Below, piece by piece: positions 56,901 through 64,000 of a DNA stretch of 64,000 nt; position 1 is the first letter of the stretch; every line of letters starts with the position of its first letter. Below the pieces are notes generated by a model. The model was not told the DNA's origin, ran no database searches, and was given only the letters and a program-made list of their open reading frames with translations. Source of the DNA: Ophelia neglecta (Eukaryota); assembly GCA_965285935.1 (NCBI GenBank), contig OZ260666.1:45694001-45758000 (forward strand). The letters run 5' to 3'. A program made the translations under genes and the position numbers.

Positions 56901-57248
56901 AAAGAGTAGCTTGCTTGTAAACATTCTAAACAATAGATACCTTTTTTGAGGACGCTCTACAATAATGACCCCGTTTTCAAATCTGGGCGGAGCACCACTA
57001 TTCTAACATATATAGAACCCCCACCCCACCCCACCCCCTCCACGGCGATCAAACCTATATATGGCGCTAATGCATAATATGACTTCTCCTGGCCACGTGA
57101 GCGTGGTTTGTAGCGAGACCTACCTCGTATGGCGTGCAGATCGAGGAGGATTTCGGCGATCACCACGCTGGCGTCCACCAACACCAGCACACACAGAGCT
57201 ATCTGGAAAGGATTGCTCTCCAGACACTTAACCGTTTTCCCGCGGCAT
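38092..57248 (-). CDS. HVCN1-like: Spliced voltage-gated proton channel (Hv family, Hv3-like paralog); 7 coding exons found, 5' end incomplete; >=715 aa
   Basis: Joined exons give S1 FQIALCVLVLVDASVVIAEILLDL, S2 HYISIAILGLFVIQLIVK, S3 EMFDGIVIIASFAIDVVF, S4 LLIVFLLWRILRIING and a downstream coiled coil, collinear with human Hv1 (D112, H140, F150, K157, E171, D174, D185, W207, R208, R211 and N214 equivalents present). All six introns are GT-AG with matching phases (1,0,0,1,0,1). No pore (S5-S6) or phosphatase domain follows. Confidence 0.93.
39993..40077 (-). CDS. HVCN1-like: Hv exon: end of coiled coil (KEILALKELCFDKGALEDEVAICRPKRR)
   Basis: 85 nt within ORF 39742..40092; acceptor gtttcag, donor A|gtaagt. 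Confidence 0.85.
40205..40320 (-). CDS. HVCN1-like: Hv exon: post-S4 basic coiled coil (GIMITAKKRQEFRIKLQKRARRRAEKKIEVLEDDRGFKD)
   Basis: 116 nt, acceptor ttctgcag, donor GAT|gtaagt; phase 1 in, phase 0 out. Confidence 0.88.
40889..41027 (-). CDS. HVCN1-like: Hv exon: S3-S4 (MFDGIVIIASFAIDVVFVEGIGGAQGEEAVALLIVFLLWRILRIIN)
   Basis: 139 nt, acceptor tgttttgtag, donor G|gtcagt; carries the WRxxRIING S4 signature. Confidence 0.93.
41251..41304 (-). CDS. HVCN1-like: Hv exon: end of S2 and S2-S3 linker (LIVKMYAMGGSFFKNKME)
   Basis: 54 nt, acceptor acctttcag, donor GAG|gtaagt; aligns to human IIFKLFVFRLEFFHHKFE. Confidence 0.9.
41494..42257 (-). CDS. HVCN1-like: Hv exon: long S1-S2 extracellular loop plus most of S2
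   Basis: Lies inside ORF 41485..42291; acceptor tttactttttcaatgcaacag, donor CAG|gtaagt; 764 nt; its phase-1 start matches the S1 exon. Confidence 0.92.
45768..45850 (+). mobile_element. One end of a poly-G MITE (ttaaggacgaaccatttgattccggggg...)
   Basis: Terminal motif followed by a G-run; the matching inverted end was not found. Confidence 0.35.
48341..48725 (+). repeat. ~65-bp minisatellite, 6 diverged copies, in the long Hv intron
   Basis: Unit cggcttattgcagtcaggccgtagtacacccacttggttgtttcagtaacgacagcctatggtc. Confidence 0.88.
50124..50806. mobile_element. MITE with imperfect terminal inverted repeats and subterminal CCGACC motifs
   Basis: Left aggccttaacatattgcttgtttccg versus reverse complement of right agccctaaataaagtatggcgtgtttccg; ccgacc near both ends. 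Confidence 0.6.
53253..53475 (-). mobile_element. tRNA-derived SINE (degenerate)
   Basis: Minus strand: GGCTCGGTGGCTG..TGGT A-box-like head, then TCCTTGGCAAAAGCGCT, CTCTCCACCAAG...TGGGTACC central block and TATGCTCCCTAGGGAGTTGAGA tail, typical of invertebrate tRNA-SINE superfamilies. Confidence 0.65.
53665..54160 (+). mobile_element. Decayed L2-clade LINE, 3' end of ORF2
   Basis: ISRTKELLS..A..IVHAFITSK, GLP, LQRVQNA, H...LKRL/YWLWVRYRIQFK, FTFKALDG..P, VPRV..YGEALF...PTLWN match the L2 C-terminal consensus (LVHAFITSRLDY, LQRVQNAA, LHWLPV..RI.FK, YG.RAF..AP.LWN). Confidence 0.85.
57124..57248 (-). CDS. HVCN1-like: Hv exon carrying S0/S1 with the selectivity Asp (CRGKTVKCLESNPFQIALCVLVLVDASVVIAEILLDLHAIR)
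   Basis: Acceptor ttttgcgcctgtttcag, donor G|gtaggt; 125 nt, phase 2 in and phase 1 out; Asp codon GAC at 57173-57175. Confidence 0.9.
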
Positions 57249-58660
57249 CTGAAACAGGCGCAAAATTAGATGGAGACTGTTTTCGGATTGACTCCGACAA
57301 ACGCAAAGAATCATATGATTATCTATAAACTGGTAAAAATCCAAATAAAAATGCTTAGCCATCGTCTTGAAAAATAAGTTCCTTTTGTCACATAATTGTA
57401 TGCATACTGGTGCTAGATGATTTGATCAAGTCTGACAACAAACGGGCGAACAGAATTGTGGTTTAATATTTATAGGGCAAGCATAATTTTCCGTATAGGG
57501 CCTAGTATATAAAAGACAATTTTCGTCAACAAAGCATACCTTGTTTAATTGCCACGGTACCATGTCAATTTTGGTAGATGCGATACACGTATTAGAATCA
57601 GATGTACAGGATTGCAACATGGCGGCAAATATGCAGACATGCCTTCATGTATAGGCCTAATTATATTTGATTCCAAACAACCAGTCCTCTTACATGTCAT
57701 TGACGGAGTCCCTCTAATCTGAAGATAGCGGGCTGGAGTGGAGAATGCCTTTTTTGAGGTCATGTTGGAATCCATCATGGCTCTCCTCTTCCCAACAGAT
57801 ATCGTTAGTCCCATCTGGACTATAATCGAATGTATTCTGCCACATGCTTCTCTTGTCAAAGCTTTATAATGAATGAAAAGTCGAGTCCCGAGTAGAAACG
57901 ACCGAGTCAAGCTTCACTTTCCCACTCCTCATGCTGAACAGGTCCCTCTGTGACGGAACTCGAGGTCCACAATGTACAACTTTTTTCTTCCGTTGCGATA
58001 TCATTCTACGCAAGTCATATATTTTCTCGATGTGGGCGAAAATGTTCCCCGGATAAAACAATCAATTGTAAATTAGCCATAATTACTTAGGTTCATTTGA
58101 TACTACACACGGAGGTGTATAATAACTCTCATATAAGGGGATGTATATAAAACCAAGCCAACAGGAAGAAAGGACTCAACCAAAAGGAGGAAAAGATCTT
58201 TTGATCTGATATTTACTCTTAAAAACCAAAGAATAACATGTGAGTTTTATTCCCCCGGTTTATTCCCACGTGACTGACGTGTCATATTTGTTACTTCGAG
58301 CCAGTGTTTGGTTAATTGAAATAGACATTAATCGTCACAATACAATTTACTACTTTTCTTCGTCTGGAATATGGCCATTGTGTTTAGTGCTCACAATGCC
58401 TTGCGGAATAGATGAGAGTAGATTTTTCTGCGGGATTGTACAAAACGAACCCCGCCGCAGACGACTTGGCGATCTTTTTCTGCTCTAGAGTGTCTTTTAT
58501 TAACGGTCCATTGTAGAGAATAATTGATTGTGTATTAACATGATTTGGTACATCTGTCAAGATAATCGGGTTTAATGGCTGAATGGAGGACGGTTAAATA
58601 TCACAACGATGTAAGAGATGGCTTGCCAGGACCCCCAGTCTTGTTGGAGAGTGTTGTCCG

Positions 58661-58927
58661 TACCGGTGTCAAAGTTTTTTTGACTCCCTTAGGTGGAAGG
58701 TCCCTGGATTACCTAACCCTAACCCAAACCCGGGAGTCCCTAGAACTTGAAACCAAGAAGTATATTAAGTCCGGTAGCCTAGAAAAATCTAGTATATTTG
58801 GGATGAGGTCTCGAAATCCTGGTTAATTTTACGACCGGCCTTCCCAAAATCCTGGTATATTTTGTACCGTAAGGTTTTTAGTCCGGGGGACTAAACTGCT
58901 GGGGGACCAAATAATCTGATATGCCTG
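58661..58927. mobile_element. MITE-like element containing a telomere-like CCTAACCCTAACCC tract
   Basis: Starts accggtgtc, internal cctaaccctaacccaaaccc (58712-58731), repeated aaatcctgg/ggggac motifs near the 3' end. Confidence 0.4.
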
Positions 58928-59164
58928 GCGTTACATGATTAACGGGTAGTGTTAATAAATGCCATTAAGGAGCACTGTAAATAGAATATGCGATTCGGGT
59001 ATGAAACAACAGATGCATCATTTATATTTGCCATCCTATTCAAGCATCAAGTAGAGCAGCGGGGAGACACTGATCCTACACAACAAGTGGATATTAAACG
59101 GAGTGTAAAATTATTAAAATTTGCAGGCCCTAAGCGACTGGACCGCCCCCAATGTATGTGTCTC

Positions 59165-59206
59165 ATTGTTGTTAATTGTTTGTAATTGTTTGTAATTGTT
59201 TGTAAT
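59165..59206 (+). repeat. 10-bp minisatellite (AATTGTTTGT), about 4 copies
   Basis: Read directly from the sequence. Confidence 0.85.
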
Positions 59207-60535
59207 GCCCTTTTCAGGTAATCTTGGAATCCATCCTGGCTCCCCCTGAAGGGAATGGCTTATTTTCTGTGAACTAATTTAGCGTAGAGATACCAATGAG
59301 GAATCTATAAAGTATATGCATGTGATGATATATTATCAGATTTTTTTCAACATGAGCGCCGACAAGCAGATGTAATGGTGTTAATACGCTAAACGGCCGT
59401 GATCGCTAGTGCGCGTTACCATAATCGCCGAGGCATGTAGATCCTAAAGGTAAAAAAAGTACTGTTTAGAGGAATAGGCACGCAAATTAATTTGACATGG
59501 TGTTCCGACAATGCTTGATTTGAATGTAATATCCTGCAATTTGGGAGTTGTTGTGATTGACGAGAACATAATGGGGTTATTAAAATTCCATCTTGGGCCT
59601 TGTCTGCTCTTATCTCTTCCAGCCTAGCAGTATAGCTTATTCGAATTCAACGATTTTGAGTACCCTACAAATCGAACAGCGTCTAACAAATCAACGTCCA
59701 ACAAATCGAACGACGTCCGCCAGTGTCGGGTTTGCTACAGCGACGTTGTTAGTACATCTGAGTAGACTCTCTTGACCTGAGATAATCTAGACAAATATTG
59801 TGATATAGAGAATGGAAATGCTGAGGCCATTTTTTTTTAGGCTCATAAACCACTATCTTTCCATCGATGGATAGCGGGCAGCTAGATGTTGTATTGGGAG
59901 GCGACCAGCACTGCAGTATATCTATAAGGCAATTTGCTTTTCCCCTGACATTTATGGAGACGGAACCGAATATAACGCCTCGAATAATTCAGACAGTTCG
60001 ATGAACATCCTCTTTTGTCAAAATAGATTCCCCGAAGTTGCTGTAGTAATATGAAGATGGAGACCAACGGCTGTGGCATGGATACGGCTTGATTTCGTAT
60101 TTACCGGAAGTATGTCTAGACCCACATCCGCACTAATTGGGTCCAATCGCACAGAAAAGTCATAGATACCGTTAAATTACTTATGACCAAGTGGAAAGAA
60201 GTTTTCCCATCCAATAAGGCCAAGTCCGATTTTGGCGATTCTGTACGTGAGCACAATAACGTGTTTGTCCTTTGGGTGGGAGATGCATACTCCAAGGGTA
60301 TTTATTTAAGGCCTATCTACTTATTAATTAGGACAAGTTTAGCCTTTTATTTAAAGGTTGGCGAATAGAGGTTTTTTTGTTTGCTGGCACGTAAATCTCA
60401 AATAAATGACCAGTCAAGGTATCTGAGGAGTTTCTTTCAACGTATAGGAAATGTACACCCCGAGATATTTGTATGCGCTGATCACCGGAAGCGTTTGAGG
60501 TTCCAGGGTTTCATGCTGAGGTAGCCATGACTTCC

Positions 60536-61383
60536 ACCAATCAGGGCGGTTCCTCGAATCGCCCGCCATGTTTAACGGTCTCAACATTGGCTTGCACGAA
60601 TCAGAGTGGTTCCTCGAATCTCCACGCCTTGTGTAACGGTCTCATGATTCCCTTACACCAGTCAGAGCGGTTCCTCAAAATTCCACGCCTTGTGTAACCG
60701 TCTCATAGTCCCCAAACATTATTCAGATTGCTTCCTCAAAATTCCGCACCTTGTGTAACGGTCTCATAATTCTCTTACACCAATCAGAGCGGTTACTCAA
60801 AACTCCAAGCTTCTGTTACGGTCTCATAATTCTCTTACACCAATCAGAGCGGTTCCTCAAAACTCCACGGCTTGTGTAACCGTCTCATAATCACCATACA
60901 CTATTCAGAGCGGTTCCCCAAAATTCCACGCCTTGTGTAACGGTCTCATAATTCTCTTACACCAGTCAGTGCGGTTACTCAAAACTCAAAGCTTTCTGTT
61001 ATGGTCTCATAATTCTCTAACACTAGTCAGAGCGGTTCCTTAAAACTCCAAGCCTTATGTGACGGTCCCATAATTCTCTTACACCAGTCAGAGCAGTTCT
61101 TCAAAATTCCTCGCCTTGTGTAACCGTCTCATTGTCCCCATACATTATTCAGATTCTTCCTCAAAATTGCGCGCCTTGTGTAACGGTCTCATAATTCTCT
61201 AACACCAGTCAGAGCGGTTCCTCAAAACTCCAAGCCTTATTTAACAGTCTCATAATTCTCTTACACCAGTCAGAGCGGTTCCTCAAAACTCCAAGCCTTA
61301 TTTAACAGTCTCATAATTCTCTTACACCAGTCAGAGCGGTTTCTCAAAACTCCAAGCCTTATGCAACGGTCTCATAATTCTCA
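60536..61383 (+). repeat. 61-bp tandem satellite, 14 units
   Basis: Unit ccagtcagagcggttcctcaaaactccaagccttgtgtaacggtctcataattctcttaca; the TCAG anchor recurs every 59-62 nt from 60541 to 61331. Confidence 0.95.
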
Positions 61384-62007
61384 TAAAAGTGCGAAAATAG
61401 AGCAAGTGTCATACGCTTACTCCCATACTCTAAACCTGGCTAGGAATCTGGTCAATAACATAATTCTCGCCTTAGGAGGAGTGAGGTGAAGATCCAAAGC
61501 CACGCACGCGCTCATTCTTAGTGTCCACCTTTTTCACGGCATCATCGCCCACCCTCCTGCCCAGGACACCTATTATTTCCATCAATGGCCATTGTAGGTG
61601 TGCTCCGCGGTCTGGGTATCTATTTCACGACTATTTTCCCCATTAAAAGTCTATCTTTTCAAACTGGTTCTATCAAATGGGTTCTGCCTTTGTCACAAAT
61701 ATACCATTTACTTGGTCATCACATTGGTGGGCCTACCAAGAAGGTCAAATCTGTTCCTTGATAGATGGACTATAATATTGGGATCGTCAAACCATAGCTG
61801 CCGGTAGCCTTTATAAAAAGGATATGGTTCCCACTGAATTACGCTGATTTCTCTGGACACACATATCCTCGCTTCATGTAGATATCTGCATTGTTTGTCA
61901 TTAACCTTTTTCACCATGGCTATACACAGGTGTCCACTTTTGCATTGTTCCTGCATTGACGAGTTCACGGCGCAGTTACTCATTGTGATGATCTTTATGA
62001 AGCCATA

Positions 62008-62620
62008 AGGCAAGCCTCGGGGAGGCAGGCCTCAGGCAGGCAGGCCTTATCCAGGCAAGCCTCAGGCAGGCAGGCCTCAGGCTGGCCTCAGGCAGGCCTC
62101 AAGCAGGCCTCAGGCAGGCCTCAGGCAGGCAGGCCTCAGGCAGGCAGGCCTCAGGCAGGCAGGCCTCAGGCAGGCCTCAAGCAGGCCTCAGGCAGGCCTC
62201 AGGCAGGCCTCAGGCAGGCCTCAGGCAGGCCTCAGGCAGGCCTCAGGGAGGCAGGCCTCAGGCAGGCAGGCCTCAGGCAGGCAGGCCGCAGGCAGGCAGA
62301 CCTCGGGCAGGCAGGGCCCAGGTAGGCAGGCCACGGGCAGGCGGGCCTCAGGCAGGCAGGCCACAGGCAGGCAGGCCGCAGGCAGGCAGGCCTCGGCCTG
62401 GCAGGCCTCGGGCAAGCAGGCCTCGGGCAGACAGGCCTCGGGCAAGCAGGCCTCGGGCAGGCAGGCCTTAGGCAGGCAGGCCTCGGGCAGGCAGGCCTCG
62501 GGCAGGAAGACCACAGGCAGGCAGGCCTAACGCAGGCAGGCCTAACGCAGACAGGCCACAGGCAGGCAGGCTTAACGCAGGCAGGCCTCAGGCAGGTCTC
62601 ATGCATTATGCCTCAGGCCT
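62008..62620 (+). repeat. GC-rich CAGG-derived minisatellite (GGCAGGCAGGCCTCA 15-mer and GGCAGGCCTCA 11-mer)
   Basis: About 600 bp of tandem units; explains the PEACL/RPACL repeat ORFs on the minus strand. Confidence 0.95.
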
Positions 62621-64000
62621 CAAAGTGATTTTTATGCGATATAATTCCGTTGTTTTATTATTTCTAATACATAGTAAATCAGTTCAGAGTCAATCATGGA
62701 AGAGTGTAAAGTTTTGGCCTGTGAATAAGCCAGTATACGCTAGCAGAGGTCATCACAAGGTCATACTTGCACACACAAGCTGTCCTGCCTCATGTTATCC
62801 ACCGCCTGACGACCATGTTGACAACATGCCCGAGGCCTGTAATCTGGTGACAAGATTCGATTCGGGAGGGAGCGGCTGGCACTCATCCACAGGAAGTGGC
62901 GACCAGACGACATTCTAACCACGTTCGACTCTGACTTGAACGGCCGTCTTTGATTGAAGACCATGATTTTAATCATCATGTCGTGTTTCGCGGCCCTCCG
63001 CCCGTTTCACTAAGTCAATCATTCTCGGTTGTTAGTATACGTTGTCACAGCGGAATCGATCCGCCTAACTTGGACATGACCAAAATACGCACCACCATAA
63101 TCATCATCAACATGTGACGCATTTTACATAATTATGTGACGCGTTTTAGCACATTATGCGTGTCTTAATTACACAAGATTTTTTTTCGGTATAGGCCCTT
63201 TGTGTTTCCGGACTCAGATATTGTAAAGAATATATACAAACCAACAACAGTCCACACTCTAGCAAATGCTTTTCCTTAGGACCGCATAAGGATCATGAGC
63301 TATATTCAATAGTTTTGGGCAATTATCTATCTAATTTCAAACTGACATTAATTATGACCGTTTCATTTTCCGCAAATATGATGAGCCAAAATCATCAAAC
63401 CAAGACCGAATTAAATTCATATAAACTTTTAGCCTGCTGGAAGAGCTACCGAGGATAGAATGTTTTATAATACACCAGAAGTGTAAGGTTAGAAATTAGT
63501 TATTTAGTAAACATTTAATCGGCCTAAGTGTCCGCTGATTTTGAAGGAGATAACAAGGTATATGGTTCTATGATATATCAACTGCGCCTGTCTTTGGCAT
63601 CTCACATTTCGGCCTTCTATGTGCCAACCTTACCTCCTAAGTGATATTTATTCGATCTTTCCGTCCTTTAACCAACTCTAATAAACCCAATGCTCGATAG
63701 GTTTCCTCATTTGTCGAGTTAAGGGGTAGATTGATTTTTGATATACACAAGAGTCGTTGTGTGGTCGTAGTAATTGGGGTGGTTGGTTTTACATTAATCT
63801 GGCCAGCCCATGGGGTGGGGTGGAGAGGGCCACAAGAGAACCGACCCAAATCTGGCCGTTAGTTATGAAAAAATTCTCCAAGAAAGACAGTCTCTTAAGC
63901 TTATAATATTATTTGTGTCAACCTAGAAAATAAGGAATTTACAGTCCTTTGTTCAGTCTGCTTAGATGAATTCGTCCAGCAATTTGATTAACAGATTAGC

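Noticed and set aside
38092-57248. Alternative calls TMEM266 (HVRP1), voltage-sensing phosphatase, or a Nav/Cav/Kv fragment
   Set aside because: S1 Asp, S3 D185, S4 Trp and N214 equivalents are all present and a coiled coil follows S4; there is no PTEN-like or pore domain.
60536-61383. CRISPR-like appearance of the 61-bp array (also the 65-bp and 51-bp arrays)
   Set aside because: Whole units repeat with no unique spacers, there are no cas genes, and the context is eukaryotic.
62221-62606. Cys/Pro-rich PEACL and RPACL repeat ORFs (keratin-associated or metallothionein-like appearance)
   Set aside because: By-product of a 15-bp satellite; two frames are open and adjacent 11-bp units break the frame.
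62767-62979. ATG-initiated minus ORF ending at donor-like CAA|gtatga as Hv exon 1
   Set aside because: Phase 0, so it cannot join the phase-2 S1 exon directly, and there is no homology evidence; kept only as a possibility.
1-64000. tRNA or rRNA genes
   Set aside because: The GGTTCRA hits (about 9235, 17987, 36431, 46431) lack cloverleaf context, and no rRNA-like sequence was seen.

Overview
AT-rich animal (eukaryotic) genomic DNA, not prokaryotic: there are no operons, and almost all ORF-track entries are chance ORFs. A lophotrochozoan-type invertebrate is likely, but this is inferred only from the gene subfamily and repeat types. One well-supported protein-coding gene lies on the minus strand: a spliced voltage-gated proton channel (Hv/HVCN family). 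I reconstructed it by hand from 7 phase-compatible GT-AG exons (57248-57124, 42257-41494, 41304-41251, 41027-40889, 40320-40205, 40077-39993, 38957-38092), giving about 715 aa without its unresolved N-terminus. The channel is atypical. It keeps the S1 selectivity Asp, but S4 reads LLWRILR (first Arg lost, Hv3-like) and the S2 counter-charge Glu is Gln. Its S1-S2 loop is about 235 aa with two furin consensus sites, and it has a ~290-aa disordered tail. The rest of the window is transposon debris: a fossil Ulp1-like protease plus PHD finger next to a probable intron-containing transposase, CR1/L2-type LINE fragments, a tRNA-SINE, MITEs, and several tandem arrays (51-bp, ~65-bp, 61-bp with higher-order structure, and a CAGG-derived 11/15-mer). 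No rRNA, tRNA or CRISPR array was found.
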